DNA of 64,000 nucleotides from positions 1,056,001 to 1,120,000 of the forward strand of contig OZ253564.1 of assembly GCA_965262915.1 (NCBI GenBank), written 5' to 3'. The notes beneath the pieces are model-generated. The model was not told the origin of the DNA. It did not search any database and saw nothing but the letters and a program-made list of their open reading frames with translations. The translations under genes and the position numbers were made by a program. Shown here piece by piece: positions 38,943 to 50,129 of this stretch (the first letter of the stretch is position 1; the number at the start of each line of letters is the position of its first letter). The stretch comes from Candidatus Spongiisociaceae bacterium (GTDB taxonomy: Bacteria > Actinomycetota > Acidimicrobiia > Spongiisociales > Spongiisociaceae).

Positions 38943-39616
38943 CAGTCGTCATCCACCACGAATTTGTAGCCAGCACCGTAGACAGTCTGAATAGGCTGCC
39001 TACCGTCTCGGCCGATCTGTTTTCGTAGACGAGCGATCCGGCTGTCGATGGCGCGGTCGAACGCATAGAATTCGTTGAACGTCAGCGAGATAAGCTGCTC
39101 ACGGGTGAGCACCTGGTTGGGATGACGCATCAACGTTGACAGAAGAGCAAGTTGAGACTCGCTCAACATCACGGGCTCGTCATCGATCGTCACAGTCCGG
39201 GTGGTCTCATTAAGAGTGATATTGCTGCGTTGCAGAACCTGCTGAACCCGGCCGCCGGCACGACGAAGCACAGCGTCGGCTCGCGCTATGAGTTCCGCAG
39301 GATCGAAGGGCTTGACGACGTAATCATCAGCTCCGCTCTGCAGTCCGATGACTCGCTCGGTGTGGGCTTCTCTGGCCGTAAGCATGATTATCGGAACGTC
39401 TGACTCGCTACGCAGGATCCTGCATAGTTCTACGCCATCGAGACGAGGAAGCATCAGATCGAGGATTATCAGGTCTGGAGTCAGAGCTCGGGCTAGGACC
39501 AGACCGGATTCACCATCATGAGCAACCTCAGTAGAGAATCCGGCCCGGGCGAAATACACCTTGACCCAGTTCGCGATCCTCCGATCGTCTTCGATTATCA
39601 ATACTATGCCGCTCAT
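38942..39616 (-). CDS. OmpR-family response regulator
   Basis: IIEDD, ILDLMLP, GADDYVVKPF, IQTVYGAGY. Confidence 0.95.
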   Translation of the reverse strand: MSGIVLIIEDDRRIANWVKVYFARAGFSTEVAHDGESGLVLARALTPDLIILDLMLPRLDGVELCRILRSESDVPIIMLTAREAHTERVIGLQSGADDYVVKPFDPAELIARADAVLRRAGGRVQQVLQRSNITLNETTRTVTIDDEPVMLSESQLALLSTLMRHPNQVLTREQLISLTFNEFYAFDRAIDSRIARLRKQIGRDGRQPIQTVYGAGYKFVVDDD

Positions 39617-39751
39617 TGCCAGTCCTCTGAGGAGCCATCATGAACGCTATGCCTCAACAGGGCACCGTGTCCATGCCGGATACGCCCCATGGTCCGATTC
39701 TCCCATCCGAGGCTTCAACAGCCCCCTCGGTCGACTCCGAGCTCTAGCCGC

Positions 39752-39850
39752 CTACTCGCCATCGCCGCCATGCTCTCCGCCATACTCGCCATCGCCGCCA
39801 TGCTCTCCACCAGACTCGTCTGGGCTACTGCCATGCTCTCCGCCCGACTC
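39752..39850. repeat. 30-bp coding tandem repeat (GGEHGGDGEY-like)
   Basis: TACTCGCCATCGCCGCCATGCTCTCC twice plus a degenerate third unit. Confidence 0.8.
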
Positions 39851-40807
39851 TTCGCTCGACTGGCTTCCCTCATCCCCCGTACCAGCTTCGGCATGGGCTA
39901 TCCATCCAGTGAACGATTCCGGCGTCGCGGGCAGGTTGATCGCCATCACCTCGCCCGGCGCCATATCCGTCGGCGTTGTCGGACCGAGCTCCGTTCCGTT
40001 CGAAAGGTGCACTTCGATCCTGACCCGGCCCAAGACGCGGTCGGTCGTGTTCTCCACAGTTCCCCGAAATGAGTTGCTCGGAGCGTCGTAGTTCAGGTTC
40101 AGTCGGGCCCCGCCACGAACTGCGTCAAAGGTCTCATCCAGTCCCAACGTAGCGCCGCTACCTTCTTCGCTCCCAGCTCCAGATTCATGGCCGCTCTCAC
40201 TGCCGTCTCCTTCGGTATCTTCGCCCCCAGCGTGAGGCGCAGGCCCGGGGCCGCTGCAGTCAAACACTTCCATGTGGATGACGTATCCGTCGTAGGCAAC
40301 TCCGGCAAGTCCCGGTTCACTGGCTACTGTCAGACGCGACGTTGCTTCCTGTCCAGGGTTCAGGTCTCCTAGCTTCTCAGGACCGAGCTCTCCTACTGTC
40401 TTCGTTCCCAACTTCAGGTGAGGCTCGGCCTGTACGTAGCAGAGTTTCTGCGAGAGCGTGTTTCGTACCGTCCCGTGGATGGACTCGGTCGCTGCGTCAT
40501 ACTGCATGGAAACAGCTAATCCGCCGAGACCACCGGTCCACGACTCTCCGAGAGGAGTGATGGGGCTCGACATAGCTGCTTCACCGCCCTCTCCGCCGCT
40601 GCCTTCGCCGCCGCTGCCTTCGCTGCCTTCGCCGCCGCTGCCATGCTCACCCCCGGACTCGCCTCCTTCTTGCTCGGCGATGCCCTGATCACGATCCTCT
40701 CCCACTCCGGTATCCACCGTGCAGCCATTGATCACCACCGCAGTCAATGCTGCCCCTAGGACCAACCCAACCCGGACCCTCTGTGTTGCCAGTGTCCTGC
40801 AAATCAC
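39752..40807 (-). CDS. Hypothetical secreted/lipoprotein with two tandem homologous beta domains and Gly/Glu/Ser/His-rich linkers
   Basis: Signal with VINGC; internal repeat YD...GTVxNT...ExHL...ELGP...PG; GGEHG repeats. Confidence 0.75.
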   Translation of the reverse strand: MICRTLATQRVRVGLVLGAALTAVVINGCTVDTGVGEDRDQGIAEQEGGESGGEHGSGGEGSEGSGGEGSGGEGGEAAMSSPITPLGESWTGGLGGLAVSMQYDAATESIHGTVRNTLSQKLCYVQAEPHLKLGTKTVGELGPEKLGDLNPGQEATSRLTVASEPGLAGVAYDGYVIHMEVFDCSGPGPAPHAGGEDTEGDGSESGHESGAGSEEGSGATLGLDETFDAVRGGARLNLNYDAPSNSFRGTVENTTDRVLGRVRIEVHLSNGTELGPTTPTDMAPGEVMAINLPATPESFTGWIAHAEAGTGDEGSQSSEESGGEHGSSPDESGGEHGGDGEYGGEHGGDGE

Positions 40808-41152
40808 CGTTCGACCCTTTCGTGCAGTATCTCCGTACTCCTCAACGGTGAGGGTGAAATGTCACAGGAATATGTCATCCATATCCAAAAATCTGTCGTC
40901 GGTAGCCGGAACTTGCCAACGAAGGTATCCGACAAGCCCGAGGAGACAACACCGGTAAGGGCCGTGCCACATCAAACCCCGTCACCTCCGGTGTGCCGCC
41001 TGGTGCGCTCCATACGTGCCCATGGGAGGACGGGACGATCACGTGCGGGGGTGAGAGCGATAGTCGTCGTAGTCGATTTCCCATGCCCAGGTCTTCCGAT
41101 CCGGCGGACACATGCGTGCAGCGCGTTCGTTGGGTCCAGCCGTTTGTGGCCA

Positions 41153-41388
41153 CGACGAATTGTCTGCGCCTCATGGACGAGGTGCAGGAGACCGGAACGG
41201 TGATCGTCGTTACCAAGCACCGCCGGCCGGTCGCGAGGGTGAGCCCTTTCCGCGAGGAGCGGCCCAAGCTGGTCGGGTCATGCAAGGGTCAGCTGCGAAT
41301 CATCGCCGACATCGACAGCGAGCCTGCCATTCCGGCCGATGACTGGGACATGCTCACCCCGGGACCCATCCGGGATCAGGGTGACTGA
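41153..41388 (+). pseudogene. Phd/YefM antitoxin, 5'-truncated
   Basis: TNCLRLMDEVQETGTVIVVTKHRRPVARV; near-identical to 58309-58584 but lacks its first codons. Confidence 0.8.
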
Positions 41389-41403
41389 CCGTGAGCGCTG
41401 CCG

Positions 41404-41830
41404 GTGAACCTGCTGCTGGACACCAACGTCCTGTTGCGCCTCGCCAATTGACAGCAGGGAGATCAGCGAGTCATTCAAGGAGGAGGTCGAGTCCGGTCTC
41501 GCAGACGGCGACATTGCTGTTTCCACGGTGACGTTCGTCGAGACCACCTGCCTGCATCATCATGGACGCATCGACTTGCGATGTCATCCCGCCGTTTGGC
41601 GTCGCGAGCGGCTGCGATCAGGCCTGCGGGAGATTCCCATCGATGGCGACATCGCCGTCGAGTCGGTATTGCTGATGAACACCGGATTCCACAACGACCC
41701 CGCCGACCAACTGATCGTTGCTACGGCCATGCCGGCAGGGATGCGCCTCGCCACAACGGATCGACAGATCGTCGGCTGGGCACGGCGAACCCGTCTGCTG
41801 CCGCTGGCAGACCCAACCGCCCGAAGGCGG
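41404..41830 (+). pseudogene. vapC: VapC PIN toxin, frameshifted
   Basis: LLLDTNVLL then in-frame TGA at 41449 from a +1 insertion relative to the 58623 copy; downstream HNDPADQLIVATA. Confidence 0.8.
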
Positions 41831-42152
41831 CAAACGGACCGGTCCGCCTGGCAACCCGCGATGGTGCTGATCCGGGCGCTGCCCGACCACAGGCTCCACG
41901 GCCGGGCGCTTGTACACCGTCGGATCCAACCGCGACTTGTCCCGCCTCGTCCGTAAAAGTGTCAACCGTACGGTCCCGTTCAGTTTCATCCTGAGCGCGG
42001 CCGTCGCTCCGGTGGCTGGAGTCCTCGATGTCTTCAACGGCGCCGCGCTCGTGGTAGCCGCTACCGTTTCGGTCATGCAGGGTCGATCCCTCCTCCTGGA
42101 CTAGCGCGGTCTTGCGTATCGACGCCATGGTGCCAGCTGCCTCGGAGGGCCC

Positions 42153-43772
42153 GTGAGCGACAACATCGCGGCTTGCTACCGGCGCGCCGGATGGTGGACC
42201 GGCCAACAGCTGGTGGATCGCTTCGAGTCCCACGTCGCCGAGTCCCCCAACGATCCGGCCGTGGTGAGCGGCCGCGACACCCTGTCACGGGCCGATCTCT
42301 GGAACGCGGCGGGCGAGGCAGCCGAGAAGATCCGTGCCATTGTCGGCGACGCAAGGCGGGTCGTGGTTGTTCATCTGCCCAACTCGGCCTCCTGGATGGT
42401 GATGTTCCTGGCCGTGCTGCGGGCCGGCCACGTCCCGGCGACACCGCCGGTGACCACCGAGACGGACCACCTGCGTCACATCTTCGAGTTGATCAGGCCC
42501 GCTCTCGCCATATCCGTGGACCGGCACCGGCGGGCGTCGCCGGTCGAGGCCGTCCAGGAGGCCGCTGCTCGGACCACCGGGGTGGCTGTGGGCTTGGCTG
42601 GTCGCACGTCTCTCGACATGTACAGCACCGGTGGCGGCTCGAAGGGGACCGACCATGTTCCCGAGGCCAGCGCCCACCTCATGTTCACTTCGAGCACCAC
42701 CGGACCGCCGAAGGCTGTGAGCCACAGCGAGGACTCCCTGGCGACTCTGAACCGGCAGTTCGCGGAGCGATTCGACCTCAACGGCCGCACGCCAGTCTTC
42801 ATGCCGTCTCCCCTCGGGCACAGCGTCGGCGCCATTCACGGTGCCCGGCTGTCGATGTTCCTGGGCGCGCCGCTAATCCTTCAGGACAGGTGGGATGCCG
42901 TCACCGCTCTCGAGCTGGTGGCGCGTCACCGCGCCGCGTTCACCGCCGCGGCGACGCCGTTCCTTGTGGATCTGGCCAATGCCCGGTGGCATGGCGTCGA
43001 GTCCAAGCTGGCCCCGCTCCGGAGCTTCCTGTGCGGCGGCGCGCAGGTGCCACCGGCGCTGATCCGGCGCTGCCGCAGCGAGTTCCCCAACACCTTCGTG
43101 ACGCCGCTCTGGGGCATGACCGAGGGCGGTCTGACCACCTGCGTGGACAGCTCGACCGACCTACAGGTCGAGACCACCGTCGGCATCGGGCTGCCCGGCC
43201 TGGAGCTACGAACCCTCGACGCCGGGATGCGGATGGCAGATTGCGGCGCCGGCGAGCTGGTCATGCGCGGACCCGGAGTGTTCAACGGCTACTTCGGCCA
43301 GCCCGACCTGTACGCTGAGCATCTCGTCGGCGACGGGTTCTTCCGCACCGGCGACCTGGCCCGCATCGACGCCGACGGGTACGTCTCGATCACCGGACGC
43401 GTCAAGGACCTGATCATCCGCGGAGCGGTCAACATCTCGCCGGTCGACACCGAGAACACCATCGCCGCCCACCCCGACGTGGCCGGCGTGGCCGTGATCG
43501 GCTGGCCGGATGAGCGCCTCGGCGAGCGCATCTGCGCGGTCGTCCAGGCCAACGCTCCCCTGGACTTCCGACAAGTCCTGGCCTTCTGCGCAGACCGGGG
43601 CCTGTCCCGCCGCTACTGGCCCGAGCGCCTGGAAGTGGTTGACCGCTTCCCCCGCACGGCCTCGGGCAAGATCCGAAAGCTGCAGCTGCGAAGCGCGCTG
43701 CTCAGCCGTGCCTCCGGCGCCGAAAGCCAGACCTCCGGGACCCGGTCCCGGATCGGGGAGGCAGATCGATGA
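42153..43772 (+). CDS. AMP-binding acyl-CoA ligase (cyclohexanecarboxylate-CoA-ligase-like)
   Basis: MFTSSTTGPPK, WGMTE, FRTGD, GRVKDLIIRG, PRTASGKIRK. Confidence 0.92.
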   Translation: MSDNIAACYRRAGWWTGQQLVDRFESHVAESPNDPAVVSGRDTLSRADLWNAAGEAAEKIRAIVGDARRVVVVHLPNSASWMVMFLAVLRAGHVPATPPVTTETDHLRHIFELIRPALAISVDRHRRASPVEAVQEAAARTTGVAVGLAGRTSLDMYSTGGGSKGTDHVPEASAHLMFTSSTTGPPKAVSHSEDSLATLNRQFAERFDLNGRTPVFMPSPLGHSVGAIHGARLSMFLGAPLILQDRWDAVTALELVARHRAAFTAAATPFLVDLANARWHGVESKLAPLRSFLCGGAQVPPALIRRCRSEFPNTFVTPLWGMTEGGLTTCVDSSTDLQVETTVGIGLPGLELRTLDAGMRMADCGAGELVMRGPGVFNGYFGQPDLYAEHLVGDGFFRTGDLARIDADGYVSITGRVKDLIIRGAVNISPVDTENTIAAHPDVAGVAVIGWPDERLGERICAVVQANAPLDFRQVLAFCADRGLSRRYWPERLEVVDRFPRTASGKIRKLQLRSALLSRASGAESQTSGTRSRIGEADR

Positions 43773-44563
43773 CCGCGGTCGAGTTGAACGGCATCGTGGT
43801 CAACTACAGTCGGCATGGCTCGGGCCCGGCAGTTGTGCTGCTCCACGGGCTGGCCGAGGACCATCGCTCATGGGACGCCGTCGCCGCCCATCTAGGGTCC
43901 TTCACCACCTACGCCGTCGACCTCCGAGGCCACGGCCGGACCACTGCCGGCCAGGGTGCCGGTACGCTGTCGCAGTTGAGCGACGACCTGATCATGTTCC
44001 TGAGCGCCGTCAGCGGCCCCGCAGCGGTCGTCGGGTACTCGCTCGGCGGCACCATCGGTCTGGGGGCCGCCACCGTCGCACCAGCCCTGATCCGGCATCT
44101 CGTCGTGGTTGCCACCTCATCGGTCGTCGGGTCGGCCGCAGCCGGATTCTTCGCGGGCCGCATAGCCCAGCTCGAAGCAGGGGACCGGGACGGCTTTGCC
44201 GCCGGCCTGCGCGACGACACGTCGAAGCAGATCATCGCCGACGCGGATCTCGACTCCCTGGCCGCTCGCCGGATGGTCGCGGTCGGAGACGGCCGCGGCT
44301 ACATCAACGCCGCCAGAGCCATGATCGGGATCCGGGCCGAACCACTCAATCCGCTGCTGTCGCAGATCACGGTGCCCCTGGACATCGTCGGAGCGGACCG
44401 CGATGTCTTCTGTCCCCGGCGGGCGTCGGAGATCATCGCCGATGCGGTGCCCCATAGCCGCTTCCACGAGATCGCCGGCGCCGGTCATCTGCTCTCGGTC
44501 GACCGGCCCGAAGCCTACGGCGAGCTGCTCGCTCGGCTCCTGCACGAAACGGACACCCGATGA
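43769..44563 (+). CDS. Alpha/beta hydrolase (enol-lactonase-like)
   Basis: LLHGL, DLRGHG, GYSLGG, GAGH. Confidence 0.9.
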   Translation: MTAVELNGIVVNYSRHGSGPAVVLLHGLAEDHRSWDAVAAHLGSFTTYAVDLRGHGRTTAGQGAGTLSQLSDDLIMFLSAVSGPAAVVGYSLGGTIGLGAATVAPALIRHLVVVATSSVVGSAAAGFFAGRIAQLEAGDRDGFAAGLRDDTSKQIIADADLDSLAARRMVAVGDGRGYINAARAMIGIRAEPLNPLLSQITVPLDIVGADRDVFCPRRASEIIADAVPHSRFHEIAGAGHLLSVDRPEAYGELLARLLHETDTR

Positions 44564-45573
44564 CACACAGGTACGGCATCTCGCTGGGGGTGAGCCCCCG
44601 AGAGCCCTTGAGCCGCACGTCCGAGCTGGCCCGGGCCATCGACGAGAGCGGCTTCGATGTCCTGTGGTACATAGACTTCCAGCTCGGAATGAAAGACGTG
44701 TACGCGGCCATGAACCTGGCCGCGCTGTCCACCGAGCGGGTGCTCATCGGAGCGGGCGTCACCAATCTCGTGACCCGGCACCCCACCGTCACCGCCAACG
44801 CCACGGCCGCTCTCGACGAGCTCTCCGGCGGTCGAGCCGTGCTCGGCCTCGGCGCGGGCTGGTCAGCAGTGCTGGGCGCCGGGGGCAAGCCATCGAAGCT
44901 GGGCGACCTGCGCGCCGGGATCGACGGGTTCCGCCAACTGTTCACCGGCGAGGCATGCGAGCTCTACGGCACCCGGGTTCGCCTGGCGACCGCCACCCGC
45001 CAGATACCTATATATCTCGCCGCGTCGCAGCCGGCGATGCTGCGCCTGGCCGGTGAGATCTGCGACGGTGTCGTGCTGATGGGCGCCGCCGACCCCGAGT
45101 TCTGCTCGTGGCAACTCGACTTCATATACGAGGGCCTGGAGGCATCCGGGCGTGATCGGGCGGAGCTGACGGTCGACCTGTTCGTCACCATGTCGGTAGG
45201 TGACGACGAGACAGGAGCCATCGAAGACATCAGGGCCTGGGCCACGAGCCAGGCAGCCACCTTCCACCCTTGGAAACGCATGCCACCGGCATGGGAGAGA
45301 TTCCGCCCCGAGTTCGCGCGGGCTGCCGGCGCCTACCAGCTGGTCGATCACCTCTCACTACAGGCCCGGCACCGCCAGATCGTGTCGGACGACTTCGCCC
45401 GGTCGGTGGCGCTGGCGGGCGACCTGGACACGTGTGTCGATCGACTCCGGCGGCTCTGGCGACTCGATATCGACCGCATCACGTTCGCGCTCCTGTCGGG
45501 CGGGCGGCAGCAGCGTCTCGCTCACCTGTCCGACACCGTGATACCCGCCGTGGAATCAGCCGGGGGGAGCTGA
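44560..45573 (+). CDS. LLM-class flavin/F420-dependent oxidoreductase
   Basis: [42 protein letters not shown]. Confidence 0.9.
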   Translation: MTHRYGISLGVSPREPLSRTSELARAIDESGFDVLWYIDFQLGMKDVYAAMNLAALSTERVLIGAGVTNLVTRHPTVTANATAALDELSGGRAVLGLGAGWSAVLGAGGKPSKLGDLRAGIDGFRQLFTGEACELYGTRVRLATATRQIPIYLAASQPAMLRLAGEICDGVVLMGAADPEFCSWQLDFIYEGLEASGRDRAELTVDLFVTMSVGDDETGAIEDIRAWATSQAATFHPWKRMPPAWERFRPEFARAAGAYQLVDHLSLQARHRQIVSDDFARSVALAGDLDTCVDRLRRLWRLDIDRITFALLSGGRQQRLAHLSDTVIPAVESAGGS

Positions 45574-46334
45574 TGGCCAACGACATGCCGGTGGCGCTCG
45601 TCACCGCGGCCGCGGGAGCCGGAATCGGAGCGGCGGTGGTGCGCCGGCTCGCCGCGGACGGCTTCGACGTCGTGGTGACCGACGCCCACGAGCGCCGATG
45701 CCGGGAGTTCGCCCGGGCCCTGTCCGGCAAGCTCGGGCGGGACGTCCTCTACTACCACCTCGACGTGACCGACCACGCGCAGGTGCGTGCCGTGATCGAG
45801 GATGTTGTGACCCGGAGGGCTCGTCTCGATGTGCTGGTGAACAACGCGGGATGGTCGAAGATCGAGCCGGTGGCCGAGATGTCCCTCGAAACCTGGCAGC
45901 GCTGCCTCGATGTGGATCTCACCGGCACGTTCGCATGCATGCGCTACGCGCTCCCCGCCATGATCGCCAGCGGCGGCGGCTCGATCATCAACATCTCGTC
46001 GATCGCGGCGTGGGAGATGTCGACCGATCATGGCGCGGCCTACTCAGCCGCCAAAGCCGGCGTCCTGGCTCTCACCCGGGTCGCCGCGGCCGAGAACGGA
46101 GTCCACGGAGTGCGCGTCAATGCCGTAGCGCCCGGCCTCATCCACAACGACTTCCTCCGCAGGATCTACCCCCAAGAGTTCTTCGACCGCTACCTGTCCG
46201 ACAAAGCGTTCCTGGGCCGGGTAGGCCGACCCGACGATGTCGCGAGCATGGTTTCGTTCCTGGCCTCGGACGAAGCGAGCTACGTGACGGGCGAGGTGTT
46301 CACCGTCTCGGGTGGTGTGTCCGCTCGTGGATGA
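45573..46334 (+). CDS. SDR family oxidoreductase
   Basis: [25 protein letters not shown]. Confidence 0.93.
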   Translation: MANDMPVALVTAAAGAGIGAAVVRRLAADGFDVVVTDAHERRCREFARALSGKLGRDVLYYHLDVTDHAQVRAVIEDVVTRRARLDVLVNNAGWSKIEPVAEMSLETWQRCLDVDLTGTFACMRYALPAMIASGGGSIINISSIAAWEMSTDHGAAYSAAKAGVLALTRVAAAENGVHGVRVNAVAPGLIHNDFLRRIYPQEFFDRYLSDKAFLGRVGRPDDVASMVSFLASDEASYVTGEVFTVSGGVSARG

Positions 46335-47706
46335 CGGCCCCCTCTGGTGGCCCGTGCAGCGGCTCCTCGAGGCCTACCGCGACGGCTCGCTCTCACCCGT
46401 CGAGGTCGCGGAACTGGCCCAGGCGCGCATCGCCGAGATCGATCCGATCCTCCACGCATTCGTCCTGGCCACCCCCGAGCTGTCCCGGCGCCAGGCCGTT
46501 GCAGCCGAGGCCGCCTACAGGAACGGCAGCCCGGGCCCTCTCGCCGGCGTCCCGGTCTCGATCAAGGATGCCTTCCACATCGAGGGCCACGTCACCACGC
46601 TCGGTTCGCTGGCCCATGCCAACGATGTGGCCCGCCAAGACTCCGGCGCCGTGCGCCGGCTGCGCAGGGCCGGAGCCGTGATCGTCGGCAAGACCAACGT
46701 CCCGGAGTTCTGCCAATCGGCCACCACCGACAACCTGCTCGGTCCCGACACCGCCAACCCTTTCGACCCCGACCGCACCGCGGGAGGGTCCAGCGGCGGC
46801 GCCGCAGCCTCGGTCGCTGCGGGGGCCTGCACTCTCGGGCTCGGTTCCGACGGGGGAGGCTCGATCCGTATTCCGGCGGCGTTCTGCGGCCTCGTGGGCC
46901 TCAAGCCCACCTACGGCGCCGTGGACGATGCCGCTGGTTTCGAGGCGTTCAGCCCGTTCATCTCCATCGGGCCGCTGGCCCGATCAATTGCCGACGCCCG
47001 CTACATGCATTCCGTGCTTTCCGCAGATGGCATCGCAACCGCAGGTACGCGGGTCGGGACTGGCCCGCTTCGTGTCGCGTGGTGCGCCAACCCGGAGAAT
47101 CGTCCGGTTGACGCCGGTGTCGGTGACGTTGTGGCGTCGGCGGTGCACAAACTCGCCGTCCGCGGGCACCGGGTCAGCAGCGTGGAGCTGGACCTCGGGG
47201 GATGGGAGGAGATATTCGGGCCGATCGTGCTGGCCGAGGAGGGTGAGCGCCGAGGGCACCTGCTCGACGGTCCCCACCGGTTGACAAGATACCAGGAGCG
47301 GTTCCTGAGAGCGGCCGAACAGCTCGATCCGGTGGCCGTCGCCGGGGCCCGCTCGGCCCTCGTGGAGTACCGGGCCCGGGTGGATCGGTACTTCCGCGAC
47401 TACGACGTCCTCGTCACCCCCGCCACCGCCACCACCGCCTTCGAACTCGGACACCGGCCGACGACCATTGCCGGCCGACGGGTTGGGCGGCTCTGGGGGC
47501 CATTCCCGTTCGCGGCTCCCTTCAACGTCTCCGGGCATCCCGCAGTAGTGCTCCCGGCAGGATTCGTGGACGGCCTACCGACCGCCATCCAGCTGGTCGG
47601 ACGGTACGGGGCCGACCTTCACCTGCTGTCGCTCGCGGAGCGACTCGAAGCGGAGCTGAACGTCCGGCCCTTCGCCCGGCTGCCGTCCCGTATCTCACTC
47701 TCATGA
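46327..47706 (+). CDS. Amidase signature family enzyme
   Basis: [37 protein letters not shown]. Confidence 0.92.
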   Translation: MDDGPLWWPVQRLLEAYRDGSLSPVEVAELAQARIAEIDPILHAFVLATPELSRRQAVAAEAAYRNGSPGPLAGVPVSIKDAFHIEGHVTTLGSLAHANDVARQDSGAVRRLRRAGAVIVGKTNVPEFCQSATTDNLLGPDTANPFDPDRTAGGSSGGAAASVAAGACTLGLGSDGGGSIRIPAAFCGLVGLKPTYGAVDDAAGFEAFSPFISIGPLARSIADARYMHSVLSADGIATAGTRVGTGPLRVAWCANPENRPVDAGVGDVVASAVHKLAVRGHRVSSVELDLGGWEEIFGPIVLAEEGERRGHLLDGPHRLTRYQERFLRAAEQLDPVAVAGARSALVEYRARVDRYFRDYDVLVTPATATTAFELGHRPTTIAGRRVGRLWGPFPFAAPFNVSGHPAVVLPAGFVDGLPTAIQLVGRYGADLHLLSLAERLEAELNVRPFARLPSRISLS

Positions 47707-48479
47707 GCGGCGTAACCCGCAGGATCGATGGCTCCACTCTCCTCTTGGAGATCAGCCGGCCGGATCGTGCCAACGCTCTTCGGTGCCGGACGATTCGCGA
47801 ACTCGAAGCCCAACTGGATGCAGCCGAAGCGCCCGAGTCCGGCGCTCGCCTCCCGGGCACCGGTGTCAGCGGAGTGGTCATTACCGGGGGCTCCAGACGT
47901 TTCAGCGCCGGAGCGGACCTCGCCGAGTTCACCGGATCGATCGAGGATCTCAGGTTCGATGACGAGCTCGAACGGCTCTGCCGCCGCATTACCCACAGCC
48001 CGCTGCCTATGGTGGCCGCCGTCGAGGGTGCCTGCTACGGCGCAGCCGTCGACCTGGCGTGGGCCTGCGATGCGGTCGTGGTTTCGGATGAGGCGCGCCT
48101 CGCCTTACCGTCGACCAGATTGGGGATCCTGTACAACCCGGTGTCGGTGGCCCGCCTGCATTCCCGGCTCGGTTCCTCCACCGTGCGCCGTCTCATGGTT
48201 CTGCAGCAGGAGCTGGCGGGTGGGGAGTTGCCGCCCGGCTCCGCCATCGTGGTGCCACCCGGCGCCGCGGTCGGGACCGCAGTGCGCCTCGTGCAAGCAG
48301 TCTCCGCGGACCGCGGTGCCATGATGGCCAGCAAGACCCTGCTCGCGTCCCTGGACAGTGGCGCCGAGTTCGACGCCGCCCAGTGGCAGGCCATGCGAGA
48401 GGCTCGATTGGTCTCACCGGCCCGCCGGGTGGCACTCGAGACCCAGCGGGCCTCGATCACGAGCGAGGAGAGGGCATGA
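47703..48479 (+). CDS. Crotonase/enoyl-CoA hydratase superfamily protein
   Basis: RPDRANAL, FSAGADL, AAVEGACYG. Confidence 0.87.
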   Translation: MSGVTRRIDGSTLLLEISRPDRANALRCRTIRELEAQLDAAEAPESGARLPGTGVSGVVITGGSRRFSAGADLAEFTGSIEDLRFDDELERLCRRITHSPLPMVAAVEGACYGAAVDLAWACDAVVVSDEARLALPSTRLGILYNPVSVARLHSRLGSSTVRRLMVLQQELAGGELPPGSAIVVPPGAAVGTAVRLVQAVSADRGAMMASKTLLASLDSGAEFDAAQWQAMREARLVSPARRVALETQRASITSEERA

Positions 48480-49261
48480 AGCTGAAGGATCTGGCCGGCT
48501 ACGACCTAGGCACGCGCACCGTCGAGTTCTCAGCCGACGATGCCATCCTCTACGCACTCGCCGTAGGTGCCTCCGCCTCGCAACTCGACCTGGTCTACGA
48601 GCGATACCTGCGGGTCCTACCGACCTATGCCTGCGCGCTGGGCCTATGGGCGGTGGAGGCGGCCGGCAAGCTGGATGCTTACGATCCCACCCGGTCGCTT
48701 CATGTCGGCCAGAGCCTGAGTGTCCACGAGCCCCTGCAGCCCGGACCGACCCCGATAAGCGGCCGTGTCCGCTCCGTCCACGACAAGCTCCACCTCACGA
48801 TCGTCCACATCGACGTGGTGGCCTCCAGTTTCGACGCCGGTTATACGATCCTGCTGCCCGGGGTGGGAGGCTGGGGCGGCGATCCGCCTCCGCCGACCGG
48901 GACGGTCCCTGGACTGGCGCCGACCTGGACCGGATCGGCCCACGTAGGGCCTGAGGCAGCGGTGCTCTACCGGCTCACCGGCGACAAGCATCCCGTTCAC
49001 GTCGACCCATCCGTGGCGGCCGCTATGGGGCTGGACCGGCCGATCCTGCACGGGTTGGCCACGATGGGTATCACAGCCAGAGTCGCGGCCGAGTCCGTGA
49101 GCGCCCATCCAGCGGACCTCTCCGCAGCCACGGTGCGCTTCTCCAAACCCGTCTACCCCGGATGCCGGCTGCGGATCGACGCCGAGACCCACCAGGCGAC
49201 CGCCTGTGTCGAGGCCTCGGTCGACGGAACTACGACCATGACGGGCACATTCACCTACTGA
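48476..49261 (+). CDS. MaoC-type (R)-enoyl-CoA hydratase
   Basis: ILYALAVGA, YRLTGDKHPVHVDP, PILHGL, RFSKPVYPG. Confidence 0.92.
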   Translation: MKLKDLAGYDLGTRTVEFSADDAILYALAVGASASQLDLVYERYLRVLPTYACALGLWAVEAAGKLDAYDPTRSLHVGQSLSVHEPLQPGPTPISGRVRSVHDKLHLTIVHIDVVASSFDAGYTILLPGVGGWGGDPPPPTGTVPGLAPTWTGSAHVGPEAAVLYRLTGDKHPVHVDPSVAAAMGLDRPILHGLATMGITARVAAESVSAHPADLSAATVRFSKPVYPGCRLRIDAETHQATACVEASVDGTTTMTGTFTY

Positions 49262-49280
49262 TCGACGCCGCCAAGCATGC

Positions 49281-49420
49281 TCACGCTACACGTGCAAAGT
49301 CAAGGCTCTCCCTGACGGATCGACGCAGCCATTCGTGGTCGTCGTCGCCGATCACCTCTAGCATGCTACGTCCCCCGTATTCCTCAGCGGGGCGCCGCGC
49401 CACGACTGCGGGCATGCCTT
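49281..49420 (-). pseudogene. C-terminal remnant resembling an Xre/MbcA-type antitoxin
   Basis: [37 protein letters not shown]; recalled similarity only. Confidence 0.35.
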
Positions 49421-49421
49421 C

Positions 49422-49580
49422 GCCAGGTGGCCTATGCGGGGATTGGCTTCGTTCCGCATCCACTCGCCGTACGCCTTTACGTCGGCGGCCAAGCCCTGGG
49501 CACCGGACCAGGTCATGCGATCGCGATCGTTGTCGGGATGTAGGGCGGACGGCGCGAGGAGCGGGTTGGGATCTCCAGCG
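49422..49580 (-). pseudogene. Fragment of DUF1156-family DNA methylase
   Basis: LEIP...(frameshift)...[29 protein letters not shown]. Confidence 0.6.
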
Positions 49581-49654
49581 TGGCCCTCTGGATCAGTTCC
49601 GCTACCGGGTTCAGGTCCCCTGACAGAGCCTTCAATCCGGAGGCGCCGGGCTTA

Positions 49655-50012
49655 CAACGGGCAGTCGCTGTCGACACTATCGGGAGGAGAGGCGCAGCGG
49701 CTGAAACTAGCCGCCGAACTCACCAAAACCGGCAACACCTATCTCATGGACGAACCAAGCACAGGGCTCCACCGGCTCGACATCGATTGGCTGCTCGACA
49801 TCATTGACCGCCTAATCAACATCGGCAATACCGTCATCATCGTCGAGCACAACCTCGACATCATCTCCGCCGCCGACTGGATCATCGACATCGGCCCCGA
49901 AGGCGGCAAGAACGGCGGCACCATCATCGCCACAGGCACCCCAGAGACAATCGCCACCCACCACCAAAGCTACACCGGGCAGTACCTCAAGACCCGGCTC
50001 GACACCGCATAG
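49655..50012 (+). pseudogene. C-terminal fragment of UvrA-like (DrrC-type) ABC ATPase
   Basis: [50 protein letters not shown]. Confidence 0.85.
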
Positions 50013-50129
50013 CATCGACAGCACCTCACCCCCAGCGGAGGACTACTCCCAACGCTGCCCCGCATCCCTCAACGGCCAAAACGAGCGGTTCCACCGGGTC
50101 GACTGTTTAGAGCTGCGGCGACGGCGCCC

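Noticed and set aside
34020-39850. CRISPR array (heptamer and 30-bp repeats)
   Set aside because: Tandem repeats without unique spacers, one of them coding; no cas genes
40859-40878. ATGTCA direct repeat as response-regulator box
   Set aside because: 13-bp period rather than the usual 10-11 bp; too weak to call
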